From: the human T2T-CHM13v2.0 reference genome, Homo sapiens
NCBI RefSeq assembly: GCF_009914755.1
Contig: NC_060925.1
Direction: 5' to 3' (one strand)
DNA length: 64,000 nucleotides
Below, in pieces: positions 12,901 to 29,200 of this stretch. Position numbers and translations under genes: made by a program. The first letter of the stretch is position 1. Every line of letters starts with the position of its first letter. A model generated the notes under the pieces. That model worked only from the letters and a program-made list of their open reading frames with translations, did no database searches and was not told the origin of the DNA.

Positions 12901-15900
12901 CATCATCGAATGGAATCGAATGGAATCATCGAATGGACTCGAATGGAATAATCATTGAACGGAATCGAATGGAATCATCATCGGATGGAAATGAAAGGAG
13001 TCACCATCTAATGGAATTGCATGGAATCATCATAAAATGGAATCGAATGGAATCAACATCAAATGGAATCAAATGGAATCATTGAACGGAATTGAATGGA
13101 ATCGTCATCGAATGAATTGAATGCAATCATCGAATGGTCTCGAATGGAATCATCTTCAAATGGAATGGAATGGAATCATCGCATAGAATCGAATGGAATT
13201 ATCATCGAATGGAATCGAATGGAATCAACATCAAACGGAAAAAAACGGAATTATCGAATGGAATCGAAGAGAATCATCGAATTTACCCGAATGGAATCAT
13301 CTAATGGAATGGAATGGAATAATCCATGGACTCGAATGCAATCATCATCGAATGGAATCAAATGGAATCATCGAATGGACTCGAATGGAATAATCATTGA
13401 ACGGAATCGAATGGAATCATCATCGGATGGAAATGAATGGAATCATCATCGAATGGAATCGAATAGAATTATGGAATGAAATCCAGTGTGATCATCATCG
13501 AATGGACCCGAATGGAATCATCATCCAACGGATGCTAATGGAATCAACATCGAATGAATCAAATGGAAACACCATCGAATTGAAACGAATGGAATTACCA
13601 TGAAATTGAAATGGATGGACTCATCATCGAATGTATTCGAAAGGAATCATCGAATAAAATTGATTGAAATCATCATCGAATGGAATCGAATGGTATCATT
13701 GAATGGAATCGAATGGAATCATCATCAGATGGAAATGAATGGAATCGTCATAGAATGGAATCGAATGGATTCATTGAATGGAATCAGATGGAATCATCGA
13801 ATGGACTGGAATGGAATCATTGAATGGACTCGAAAGAGATCATGATTGAATGGAATTGAATGGAATCATCGAATGGTCTCGATTGGAATCATTATCAAAT
13901 GGAATCGAATGGAATCACCGAATAGAATCGAATGGAACAATCATCGAATGGACTCAAATGGAATTATCCTCCAATGGAATCGAATGGAATTATCGAATGC
14001 AATCGAATGGAATTATCGAATGCAATCGAATAGAATCATCGAATGGACTCGAATGGAATCATCGAATGGAATGGAATGGAACAGTCAATGAACTCGAATG
14101 GAATCATCATTGAATGGAATCGAATGGAATCATCGAGTGGAATCGAATGGAATTATGATCAAATGGAATCGAATGTAATCATCATCAAATGGAATCAAAA
14201 ATAACCATCATCAATTGGTATTGAATGGAATTGTCATCAAATGGAATTCAAAGGAAACATCATCAAATGGAACCGAATGGAATCCTCATTGAATGGAAAT
14301 GAAAGGGGTCATCATCTAATGGAATCGCATGGAATCATCATCAAATGGAATCGAATGGAATCATCATGAAATGGAATCTAATGGAATCATTGAACAGAAT
14401 TGAATGGAATCGTCATCGAATGAATTGAATGCAATCATCGAATGGTCTCGAATGGAACCATCTTCTAATGGAAAGGAATGGAATCATCGCATAGAATCGA
14501 ATGGAATTATCATCGAATGGAATCGAATGGTATCAACACCAAACGGAAAAAAACGGAATTATCGAATGGAATCGAAGAGAATCTTCGAACGGACCCGAAT
14601 GGAATCATCTAATGGAATGGAATGGAATAATCCATGGACTCGAATGCAATCATCATCGAATGGAATCGAATGGAATCATCGAATGGACTCGAATGGAATA
14701 ATCATTGAACGGAATCGAATGGAATCATCATCGGATGGAAACGAATGGAATCATCATCGAATGGAAATGAAAGGAGTCATCATCTAATAGAATTGCATGG
14801 AATCATCATAAAATGGAATCGAATGGAATCAACATCAAATGGAATCAAATGGAATCATTGAACGGAATTGAATGGAATCGTCATCGAATGAATTGACTGC
14901 AATCATCGAATGGTCTCGAATGGAATCATCTTCAAATGGAATGGAATGGAATCATCGCATAGAATCGAATGGAATTATCATCGAATGGAATCGAATGGAA
15001 TCAACATCAAACGGAAAAAAACGGAATTATCGAATGGAATCGAAGAGAATCATCGAATGGACCCGAATGGAATCATCTAATGGAATGGAATGGAATAATC
15101 CATGGACTCGAATGCAATCATCATCGAATGGAATCGAATGGAATCATCGAATGGACTCGAATGGAATAATCATTGAACGGAATCGAATGGAATCATCATC
15201 GGATGGAAATGAAAGGAGTCATCATCTAATGGAATTGCATGGAATCATCATAAAATGGAATCGAATGGAATCAACATCAAATGGAATCAAATGGAATCAT
15301 TGAACGGAATTGAATGGAATCGTCATCGAATGAATTGAATGCAATCATCGAATGGTCTCGAATGGAATCATCTTCAAATGGAATGGAATGGAATCATCGC
15401 ATAGAATCGAATGGAATTATCATCGAATGGAATCGAATGGAATCAACATCAAACGGAAAAAAACGGAATTATCGAATGGAATCGAAGAGAATCATCGAAT
15501 GGACCCGAATGGAATCATCTAATGGAATGGAATGGAATAATCCATGGACTCGAATGCAATCATCATCGAATGGAATCAAATGGAATCATCGAATGGACTC
15601 GAATGGAATAATCATTGAACGGAATCGAATGGAATCATCATCGGATGGAAATGAATGGAATCATCATCGAATGGAATCGAATAGAATTATGGAATGAAAT
15701 CCAGTGTGATCATCATCGAATGGACCCGAATGGAATCATCATCCAACGGATGCTAATGGAATCAACATCGAATGAATCAAATGGAAACACCATCGAATTG
15801 AAACGAATGGAATTACCATGAAATTGAAATGGATGGACTCATCATCGAATGTATTCGAAAGGAATCATCGAATAAAATTGATTGAAATCATCATCGAATG

Positions 15901-18900
15901 GAATCGAATGGTATCATTGAATGGAATCGAATGGAATCATCATCAGATGGAAATGAATGGAATCGTCATAGAATGGAATCGAATGGATTCATTGAATGGA
16001 ATCAGATGGAATCATCGAATGGACTGGAATGGAATCATTGAATGGACTCGAAAGAGATCATGATTGAATGGAATTGAATGGAATCATCGAATGGTCTCGA
16101 TTGGAATCATTATCAAATGGAATCGAATGGAATCACCGAATAGAATCGAATGGAACAATCATCGAATGGACTCAAATGGAATTATCCTCCAATGGAATCG
16201 AATGGAATTATCGAATGCAATCGAATGGAATTATCGAATGCAATCGAATAGAATCATCGAATGGACTCGAATGGAATCATCGAATGGAATGGAATGGAAC
16301 AGTCAATGAACTCGAATGGAATCATCATTGAATGGAATCGAATGGAATCATCGAGTGGAATCGAATGGAATTATGATCAAATGGAATCGAATGTAATCAT
16401 CATCAAATGGAATCAAAAATAACCATCATCAATTGGTATTGAATGGAATTGTCATCAAATGGAATTCAAAGGAAACATCATCAAATGGAACCGAATGGAA
16501 TCCTCATTGAATGGAAATGAAAGGGGTCATCATCTAATGGAATCGCATGGAATCATCATCAAATGGAATCGAATGGAATCATCATCAAATGAAATCTAAT
16601 GGAATCATTGAACAGAATTGAATGGAATCGTCATCGAATGAATTGAATGCAATCATCGAATGGTCTCGAATGGAACCATCTTCTAATGGAAAGGAATGGA
16701 ATCATCGCATAGAATCGAATGGAATTGTCATCGAATGGAATCGAATGGTATCAACACCAAACGGAAAAAAACGGAATTATCGAATGGAATCGAAGAGAAT
16801 CTTCGAACGGACCCGAATGGAATCATCTAATGGAATGGAATGGAATAATCCATGGACTCGAATGCAATCATCATCGAATGGAATCGAATGGAATCATCGA
16901 ATGGACTCGAATGGAATAATCATTGAACGGAATCGAATGGAATCATCATCGGATGGAAACGAATGGAATCATCATCGAATGGAAATGAAAGGAGTCATCA
17001 TCTAATGGAATTGCATGGAATCATCATAAAATGGAATCGAATGGAATCAACATCAAATGGAATCAAATGGAATCATTGAACGGAATTGAATGGAATCGTC
17101 ATCGAATGAATTGACTGCAATCATCGAATGGTCTCGAATGGAATCATCTTCAAATGGAATGGAATGGAATCATCGCATAGAATCGAATGGAATTATCATC
17201 GAATGGAATCGAATGGAATCAACATCAAACGGAAAAAAACGGAATTATCGAATGGAATCGAAGAGAATCATCGAATGGACCCGAATGGAATCATCTAATG
17301 GAATGGAATGGAATAATCCATGGACTCGAATGCAATCATCATCGAATGGAATCGAATGGAATCATCGAATGGACTCGAATGGAATAATCATTGAACGGAA
17401 TCGAATGGAATCATCATCGGATGGAAATGAAAGGAGTCATCATCTAATGGAATTGCATGGAATCATCATAAAATGGAATCGAATGGAATCAACATCAAAT
17501 GGAATCAAATGGAATCATTGAACGGAATTGAATGGAATCGTCATCGAATGAATTGAATGCAATCATCGAATGGTCTCGAATGGAATCATCTTCAAATGGA
17601 ACGGAATGGAATCATCGCATAGAATCGAATGGAATTATCATCGAATGGAATCGAATGGAATCAACATCAAACGGAAAAAAACGGAATTATCGAATGGAAT
17701 CGAAGAGAATCATCGAATTTACCCGAATGGAATCATCTAATGGAATGGAATGGAATAATCCATGGACTCGAATGCAATCATCATCGAATGGAATCAAATG
17801 GAATCATCGAATGGACTCGAATGGAATAATCATTGAACGGAATCGAATGGAATCATCATCGGATGGAAATGAATGGAATCATCATCGAATGGAATCGAAT
17901 AGAATTATGGAATGAAATCCAGTGTGATCATCATCGAATGGACCCGAATGGAATCATCATCCAACGGATGCTAATGGAATCAACATCGAATGAATCAAAT
18001 GGAAACACCATCGAATTGAAACGAATGGAATTACCATGAAATTGAAATGGATGGACTCATCATCGAATGTATTCGAAAGGAATCATCGAATAAAATTGAT
18101 TGAAATCATCATCGAATGGAATCGAATGGTATCATTGAATGGAATCGAATGGAATCATCATCAGATGGAAATGAATGGAATCGTCATAGAATGGAATCGA
18201 ATGGATTCATTGAATGGAATCAGATGGAATCATCGAATGGACTGGAATGGAATCATTGAATGGACTCGAAAGAGATCATGATTGAATGGAATTGAATGGA
18301 ATCATCGAATGGTCTCGATTGGAATCATTATCAAATGGAATCGAATGGAATCACCGAATAGAATCGAATGGAACAATCATCGAATGGACTCAAATGGAAT
18401 TATCCTCCAATGGAATCGAATGGAATTATCGAATGCAATCGAATGGAATTATCGAATGCAATCGAATAGAATCATCGAATGGACTCGAATGGAATCATCG
18501 AATGGAATGGAATGGAACAGTCAATGAACTCGAATGGAATCATCATTGAATGGAATCGAATGGAATCATCGAGTGGAATCGAATGGAATTATGATCAAAT
18601 GGAATCGAATGTAATCATCATCAAATGGAATCAAAAATAACCATCATCAATTGGTATTGAATGGAATTGTCATCAAATGGAATTCAAAGGAAACATCATC
18701 AAATGGAACCGAATGGAATCCTCATTGAATGGAAATGAAAGGGGTCATCATCTAATGGAATCGCATGGAATCATCATCAAATGGAATCGAATGGAATCAT
18801 CATGAAATGGAATCTAATGGAATCATTGAACAGAATTGAATGGAATCGTCATCGAATGAATTGAATGCAATCATCGAATGGTCTCGAATGGAACCATCTT

Positions 18901-21900
18901 CTAATGGAAAGGAATGGAATCATCGCATAGAATCGAATGGAATTATCATCGAATGGAATCGAATGGTATCAACACCAAACGGAAAAAAACGGAATTATCG
19001 AATGGAATCGAAGAGAATCTTCGAACGGACCCGAATGGAATCATCTAATGGAATGGAATGGAATAATCCATGGACTCGAATGCAATCATCATCGAATGGA
19101 ATCGAATGGAATCATCGAATGGACTCGAATGGAATAATCATTGAACGGAATCGAATGGAATCATCATCGGATGGAAACGAATGGAATCATCATCGAATGG
19201 AAATGAAAGGAGTCATCATCTAATAGAATTGCATGGAATCATCATAAAATGGAATCGAATGGAATCAACATCAAATGGAATCAAATGGAATCATTGAACG
19301 GAATTGAATGGAATCGTCATCGAATGAATTGACTGCAATCATCGAATGGTCTCGAATGGAATCATCTTCAAATGGAATGGAATGGAATCATCGCATAGAA
19401 TCGAATGGAATTATCATCGAATGGAATCGAATGGAATCAACATCAAACGGAAAAAAACGGAATTATCGAATGGAATCGAAGAGAATCATCGAATGGACCC
19501 GAATGGAATCATCTAATGGAATGGAATGGAATAATCCATGGACTCGAATGCAATCATCATCGAATGGAATCGAATGGAATCATCGAATGGACTCGAATGG
19601 AATAATCATTGAACGGAATCGAATGGAATCATCATCGGATGGAAATGAAAGGAGTCATCATCTAATGGAATTGCATGGAATCATCATAAAATGGAATCGA
19701 ATGGAATCAACATCAAATGGAATCAAATGGAATCATTGAACGGAATTGAATGGAATCGTCATCGAATGAATTGAATGCAATCATCGAATGGTCTCGAATG
19801 GAATCATCTTCAAATGGAATGGAATGGAATCATCGCATAGAATCGAATGGAATTATCATCGAATGGAATCGAATGGAATCAACATCAAACGGAAAAAAAC
19901 GGAATTATCGAATGGAATCGAAGAGAATCATCGAATGGACCCGAATGGAATCATCTAATGGAATGGAATGGAATAATCCATGGACTCGAATGCAATCATC
20001 ATCGAATGGAATCAAATGGAATCATCGAATGGACTCGAATGGAATAATCATTGAACGGAATCGAATGGAATCATCATCGGATGGAAATGAATGGAATCAT
20101 CATCGAATGGAATCGAATAGAATTATGGAATGAAATCCAGTGTGATCATCATCGAATGGACCCGAATGGAATCATCATCCAACGGATGCTAATGGAATCA
20201 ACATCGAATGAATCAAATGGAAACACCATCGAATTGAAACGAATGGAATTACCATGAAATTGAAATGGATGGACTCATCATCGAATGTATTCGAAAGGAA
20301 TCATCGAATAAAATTGATTGAAATCATCATCGAATGGAATCGAATGGTATCATTGAATGGAATCGAATGGAATCATCATCAGATGGAAATGAATGGAATC
20401 GTCATAGAATGGAATCGAATGGATTCATTGAATGGAATCAGATGGAATCATCGAATGGACTGGAATGGAATCATTGAATGGACTCGAAAGAGATCATGAT
20501 TGAATGGAATTGAATGGAATCATCGAATGGTCTCGATTGGAATCATTATCAAATGGAATCGAATGGAATCACCGAATAGAATCGAATGGAACAATCATCG
20601 AATGGACTCAAATGGAATTATCCTCCAATGGAATCGAATGGAATTATCGAATGCAATCGAATGGAATTATCGAATGCAATCGAATAGAATCATCGAATGG
20701 ACTCGAATGGAATCATCGAATGGAATGGAATGGAACAGTCAATGAACTCGAATGGAATCATCATTGAATGGAATCGAATGGAATCATCGAGTGGAATCGA
20801 ATGGAATTATGATCAAATGGAATCGAATGTAATCATCATCAAATGGAATCAAAAATAACCATCATCAATTGGTATTGAATGGAATTGTCATCAAATGGAA
20901 TTCAAAGGAAACATCATCAAATGGAACCGAATGGAATCCTCATTGAATGGAAATGAAAGGGGTCATCATCTAATGGAATCGCATGGAATCATCATCAAAT
21001 GGAATCGAATGGAATCATCATCAAATGAAATCTAATGGAATCATTGAACAGAATTGAATGGAATCGTCATCGAATGAATTGAATGCAATCATCGAATGGT
21101 CTCGAATGGAACCATCTTCTAATGGAAAGGAATGGAATCATCGCATAGAATCGAATGGAATTGTCATCGAATGGAATCGAATGGTATCAACACCAAACGG
21201 AAAAAAACGGAATTATCGAATGGAATCGAAGAGAATCTTCGAACGGACCCGAATGGAATCATCTAATGGAATGGAATGGAATAATCCATGGACTCGAATG
21301 CAATCATCATCGAATGGAATCGAATGGAATCATCGAATGGACTCGAATGGAATAATCATTGAACGGAATCGAATGGAATCATCATCGGATGGAAACGAAT
21401 GGAATCATCATCGAATGGAAATGAAAGGAGTCATCATCTAATGGAATTGCATGGAATCATCATAAAATGGAATCGAATGGAATCAACATCAAATGGAATC
21501 AAATGGAATCATTGAACGGAATTGAATGGAATCGTCATCGAATGAATTGACTGCAATCATCGAATGGTCTCGAATGGAATCATCTTCAAATGGAATGGAA
21601 TGGAATCATCGCATAGAATCGAATGGAATTATCATCGAATGGAATCGAATGGAATCAACATCAAACGGAAAAAAACGGAATTATCGAATGGAATCGAAGA
21701 GAATCATCGAATGGACCCGAATGGAATCATCTAATGGAATGGAATGGAATAATCCATGGACTCGAATGCAATCATCATCGAATGGAATCGAATGGAATCA
21801 TCGAATGGACTCGAATGGAATAATCATTGAACGGAATCGAATGGAATCATCATCGGATGGAAATGAAAGGAGTCATCATCTAATGGAATTGCATGGAATC

Positions 21901-23275
21901 ATCATAAAATGGAATCGAATGGAATCAACATCAAATGGAATCAAATGGAATCATTGAACGGAATTGAATGGAATCGTCATCGAATGAATTGAATGCAATC
22001 ATCGAATGGTCTCGAATGGAATCATCTTCAAATGGAACGGAATGGAATCATCGCATAGAATCGAATGGAATTATCATCGAATGGAATCGAATGGAATCAA
22101 CATCAAACGGAAAAAAACGGAATTATCGAATGGAATCGAAGAGAATCATCGAATTTACCCGAATGGAATCATCTAATGGAATGGAATGGAATAATCCATG
22201 GACTCGAATGCAATCATCATCGAATGGAATCAAATGGAATCATCGAATGGACTCGAATGGAATAATCATTGAACGGAATCGAATGGAATCATCATCGGAT
22301 GGAAATGAATGGAATCATCATCGAATGGAATCGAATAGAATTATGGAATGAAATCCAGTGTGATCATCATCGAATGGACCCGAATGGAATCATCATCCAA
22401 CGGATGCTAATGGAATCAACATCGAATGAATCAAATGGAAACACCATCGAATTGAAACGAATGGAATTACCATGAAATTGAAATGGATGGACTCATCATC
22501 GAATGTATTCGAAAGGAATCATCGAATAAAATTGATTGAAATCATCATCGAATGGAATCGAATGGTATCATTGAATGGAATCGAATGGAATCATCATCAG
22601 ATGGAAATGAATGGAATCGTCATAGAATGGAATCGAATGGATTCATTGAATGGAATCAGATGGAATCATCGAATGGACTGGAATGGAATCATTGAATGGA
22701 CTCGAAAGAGATCATGATTGAATGGAATTGAATGGAATCATCGAATGGTCTCGATTGGAATCATTATCAAATGGAATCGAATGGAATCACCGAACAGAAT
22801 CGAATGGAACAATCATCGAATGGACTCAAATGGAATTATCCTCCAATGGAATCGAATGGAATTATCGAATGCAATCGAATGGAATTATCGAATGCAATCG
22901 AATAGAATCATCGAATGGACTCGAATGGAATCATCGAATGGAATGGAATGGAACAGTCAATGAACTCGAATGGAATCATCATTGAATGGAATCGAATGGA
23001 ATCATCGAGTGGAATCGAATGGAATTATGATCAAATGGAATCGAATGTAATCATCATCAAATGGAATCAAAAATAACCATCATCAATTGGTATTGAATGG
23101 AATTGTCATCAAATGGAATTCAAAGGAAACATCATCAAATGGAACCGAATGGAATCCTCATTGAATGGAAATGAAAGGGGTCATCATCTAATGGAATCGC
23201 ATGGAATCATCATCAAATGGAATCGAATGGAATCATCATGAAATGGAATCTAATGGAATCATTGAACAGAATTGA
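9968..23275 (+). repeat. Six tandem 2218 bp ABC units
   Basis: A starts at 9968, 12186, 14404, 16622, 18840 and 21058; the next is at 23276. Confidence 0.93.
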
Positions 23276-26200
23276 ATGGAATCGTCATCGAATGAATTGA
23301 ATGCAATCATCGAATGGTCTCGAATGGAACCATCTTCTAATGGAAAGGAATGGAATCATCGCATAGAATCGAATGGAATTATCATCGAATGGAATCGAAT
23401 GGTATCAACACCAAACGGAAAAAAACGGAATTATCGAATGGAATCGAAGAGAATCTTCGAACGGACCCGAATGGAATCATCTAATGGAATGGAATGGAAT
23501 AATCCATGGACTCGAATGCAATCATCATCGAATGGAATCGAATGGAATCATCGAATGGACTCGAATGGAATAATCATTGAACGGAATCGAATGGAATCAT
23601 CATCGGATGGAAACGAATGGAATCATCATCGAATGGAAATGAAAGGAGTCATCATCTAATAGAATTGCATGGAATCATCATAAAATGGAATCGAATGGAA
23701 TCAACATCAAATGGAATCAAATGGAATCATTGAACGGAATTGAATGGAATCGTCATCGAATGAATTGACTGCAATCATCGAATGGTCTCGAATGGAATCA
23801 TCTTCAAATGGAACGGAATGGAATCATCGCATAGAATCGAATGGAATTATCATCGAATGGAATCGAATGGAATCAACATCAAACGGAAAAAAACGGAATT
23901 ATCGAATGGAATCGAAGAGAATCATCGAATGGACCCGAATGGAATCATCTAATGGAATGGAATGGAATAATCCATGGACTCGAATGCAATCATCATCGAA
24001 TGGAATCAAATGGAATCATCGAATGGACTCGAATGGAATAATCATTGAACGGAATCGAATGGAATCATCATCGGATGGAAATGAATGGAATCATCATCGA
24101 ATGGAATCGAATAGAATTATGGAATGAAATCCAGTGTGATCATCATCGAATGGACCCGAATGGAATCATCATCCAACGGATGCTAATGGAATCAACATCG
24201 AATGAATCAAATGGAAACACCATCGAATTGAAACGAATGGAATTACCATGAAATTGAAATGGATGGACTCATCATCGAATGTATTCAAAAGGAATCATCG
24301 AATAAAATTGATTGAAATCATCATCGAATGGAATCGAATGGTATCATTGAATGGAATCGAATGGAATCATCATCAGATGGAAATGAATGGAATCGTCATA
24401 GAATGGAATCGAATGGATTCATTGAATGGAATCAGATGGAATCATCGAATGGACTGGAATGGAATCATTGAATGGACTCGAAAGAGATCATGATTGAATG
24501 GAATTGAATGGAATCATCGAATGGTCTCGATTTGAATCATTATCAAATGGAATCGAATGGAATCACCGAATAGAATCGAATGGAACAATCATCGAATGGA
24601 CTCAAATGGAATTATCCTCCAATGGAATCGAATGGAATTATCGAATGCAATCGAATGGAATTATCGAATGCAATCGAATAGAATCATCGAATGGACTCGA
24701 ATGGAATCATCGAATGGAATGGAATGGAACAGTCAATGAACTCGAATGGAATCATCATTGAATGGAATCGAATGGAATCATCGAGTGGAATCGAATGGAA
24801 TTATGATCAAATGGAATCGAATGTAATCATCATCAAATGGAATCAAAAATAACCATCATCAATTGGTATTGAATGGAATTGTCATCAAATGGAATTCAAA
24901 GGAAACATCATCAAATGGAACCGAATGGAATCCTCATTGAATGGAAATGAAAGGGGTCATCATCTAATGGAATCGCATGGAATCATCATCAAATGGAATC
25001 GAATGGAATCATCATCAAATGAAATCTAATGGAATCATTGAACAGAATTGAATGGAATCGTCATCGAATGAATTGAATGCAATCATCGAATGGTCTCGAA
25101 TGGAACCATCTTCTAATGGAAAGGAATGGAATCATCGCATAGAATCGAATGGAATTGTCATCGAATGGAATCGAATGGTATCAACACCAAACGGAAAAAA
25201 ACGGAATTATCGAATGGAATCGAAGAGAATCTTCGAACGGACCCGAATGGAATCATCTAATGGAATGGAATGGAATAATCCATGGACTCGAATGCAATCA
25301 TCATCGAATGGAATCGAATGGAATCATCGAATGGACTCGAATGAAATAATCATTGAACGGAATCGAATGGAATCATCATCGGATGGAAACGAATGGAATC
25401 ATCATCGAATGGAAATGAAAGGAGTCATCATCTAATGGAATTGCATGGAATCATCATAAAATGGAATCGAATGGAATCAACATCAAATGGAATCAAATGG
25501 AATCATTGAACGGAATTGAATGGAATCGTCATCGAATGAATTGAATGCAATCATCGAATGGTCTCGAATGGAATCATCTTCAAATGGAATGGAATGGAAT
25601 CATCGCATAGAATCGAATGGAATTATCATCGAATGGAATCGAATGGAATCAACATCAAACGGAAAAAAACGGAATTATCGAATGGAATCGAAGAGAATCA
25701 TCGAATGGACCCGAATGGAATCATCTAATGGAATGGAATGGAATAATCCATGGACTCGAATGCAATCATCATCGAATGGAATCGAATGGAATCATCCAAT
25801 GGACTCGAATGGAATAATCATTGAACGGAATCGAATGGAATCATCATCGTATGGAAATGAATGGAATCATCATCGAATGGAATCGAATAGAATTATGGAA
25901 TGAAATCCAGTGTGATCATCATCGAATGGACCCGAATGGAATCATCATCCAACGGATGCTAATGGAATCAACATCGAATGAATCAAATGGAAACACCATC
26001 GAATTGAAACGAATGGAATTACCATGAAATTGAAATGGATGGACTCATCATCGAATGGATTTGAAAGGAATCATCGAATAAAATTGATTGAAATCATCAT
26101 CGAATGGAATCGAATGGTATCATTGAATGGAATCGAATGGAATCATCATCAGATGGAAATGAATGGAATCGTCATAGAATGGAATCGAATGGATTCATTG

Positions 26201-29200
26201 AATGGAATCAGATGGAATCATCGAATGGACTGGAATGGAATCATTGAATGGACTCGAAAGAGATCATGATTGAATGGAATTGAATGGAATCATCGAATGG
26301 TCTCGATTGGAATCATTATCAAATGGAATCGAATGGAATCACCGAATAGAATCGAATGGAACAATCATCGAATGGACTCAAATGGAATTATCCTCCAATG
26401 GAATCGAATGGAATTATCGAATGCAATCGAATGGAATTATCGAATGCAATCGAATAGAATCATCGAATGGACTCGAATGGAATCATCGAATGGAATGGAA
26501 TGGAACAGTCAATGAACTCGAATGGAATCATCATTGAATGGAATCGAATGGAATCATCGAGTGGAATCGAATGGAATTATGATCAAATAGAATCGAATGT
26601 AATCATCATCAAATGGAATCAAAAATAACCATCATCAATTGGTATTGAATGGAATTGTCATCAAATGGAATTCAAAGGAAACATCATCAAATGGAACCGA
26701 ATGGAATCCTCATTGAATGGAAATGAAAGGGGTCATCATCTAATGGAATCGCATGGAATCATCATCAAATGGAATCGAATGGAATCATCATCAAATGGAA
26801 TCTAATGGAATCATTGAACAGAATTGAATGGAATCGTCATCGAATGAATTGAATGCAATCATCGAATGGTCTCGAATGGAACCATCTTCTAATGGAAAGG
26901 AATGGAATCATCGCATAGAATCGAATGGAATTATCATCGAATGGAATCGAATGGTATCAACACCAAACGGAAAAAAACGGAATTATCGAATGGAATCGAA
27001 GAGAATCTTCGAACGGACCCGAATGGAATCATCTAATGGAATGGAATGGAATAATCCATGGACTCGAATGCAATGATCATCGAATGGAATCGAATGGAAT
27101 CATCGAATGGACTCGAATGAAATAATCATTGAACGGAATCGAATGGAATCATCATCGGATGGAAATGAAAGGAGTCATCATCTAATGGAATTGCATGGAA
27201 TCATCATAAAATGGAATCGAATGGAATCAACATCAAATGGAATCAAATGGAATCATTGAACGGAATTGAATGGAATCGTCATCGAATGAATTGAATGCAA
27301 TCATCGAATGGTCTCGAATGGAATCATCTTCAAATGGAATGGAATGGAATCATCGCATAGAATCGAATGGAATTATCATCGAATGGAATCGAATGGAATC
27401 AACATCAAACGGAAAAAAACGGAATTATCGAATGGAATCAAAGAGAATCATCGAATGGACCCGAATGGAATCATCTAATGGAATGGAATGGAATAATCCA
27501 TGGACTCGAATGCAATCATCATCGAATGGAATCGAATGGAATCATCCAATGGACTCGAATGGAATAATCATTGAACGGAATCGAATGGAATCAACATCGG
27601 ATGGAAATGAATGGAATCATCATCGAATGGAATCGAATAGAATTATGGAATGAAATCCAGTGTGATCATCATCGAATGGACCCGAAAGGAATCATCATCC
27701 AACGGATGCTAATGGAATCAACATCGAATGAATCAAATGGAAACACCATCGAATTGAAACGAATGGAATTACCATGAAATTGAAATGGATGGACTCATCA
27801 TCGAATGGATTTGAAAGGAATCATCGAATAAAATTGATTGAAATCATCATCGAATGGAATCGAATGGTATCATTGAATGGAATCGAATGGAATCATCATC
27901 AGATGGAAATGAATGGAATCGTCATAGAATGGAATCGAATGGATTCATTGAATGGAATCAGATGGAATCATCGAATGGACTGGAATGGAATCATTGAATG
28001 GACTCGAAAGAGATCATGATTGAATGGAATTGAATGGAATCATCGAATGGTCTCGATTGGAATCATTATCAAATGGAATCGAATGGAATCACCGAATAGA
28101 ATCGAATGGAACAATCATCGAATGGACTCAAATGGAATTATCCTCCAATGGAATCGAATGGAATTATCGAATGCAATCGAATGGAATTATCGAATGCAAT
28201 CGAATAGAATCATCGAATGGACTCGAATGGAATCATCGAATGGAATGGAATGGAACAGTCAATGAACTCGAATGGAATCATCATTGAATGGAATCGAATG
28301 GAATCATCGAGTGGAATCGAATGGAATTATGATCAAATGGAATCGAATGTAATCATCATCAAATGGAATCAAAAATAACCATCATCAATTGGTATTGAAT
28401 GGAATTGTCATCAAATGGAATTCAAAGGAAACATCATCAAATGGAACCGAATGGAATCCTCATTGAATGGAAATGAAAGGGGTCATCATCTAATGGAATC
28501 GCATGGAATCATCATCAAATGGAATCGAATGGAATCATCATCAAATGGAATCTAATGGAATCATTGAACAGAATTGAATGGAATCGTCATCGAATGAATT
28601 GAATGCAATCATCGAATGGTCTCGAATGGAACCATCTTCTAATGGAAAGAAATGGAATCATCGCATAGAATCGAATGGAATTATCATCGAATGGAATCGA
28701 ATGGTATCAACACCAAACGGAAAAAAACGGAATTATCGAATGGAATCGAAGAGAATCTTCGAACGGACCCGAATGGAATCATCTAATGGAATGGAATGGA
28801 ATAATCCATGGACTCGAATGCAATGATCATCGAATGGAATCGAATGGAATCATCGAATGGACTCGAATGAAATAATCATTGAACGGAATCGAATGGAATC
28901 ATCATCGGATGGAAATGAAAGGAGTCATCATCTAATGGAATTGCATGGAATCATCATAAAATGGAATCGAATGGAATCAACATCAAATGGAATCAAATGG
29001 AATCATTGAACGGAATTGAATGGAATCGTCATCGAATGAATTGAATGCAATCATCGAATGGTCTCGAATGGAATCATCTTCAAATGGAATGGAATGGAAT
29101 CATCGCATAGAATCGAATGGAATTATCATCGAATGGAATCGAATGGAATCAACATCAAACGGAAAAAAACGGAATTATCGAATGGAATCGAAGAGAATCA

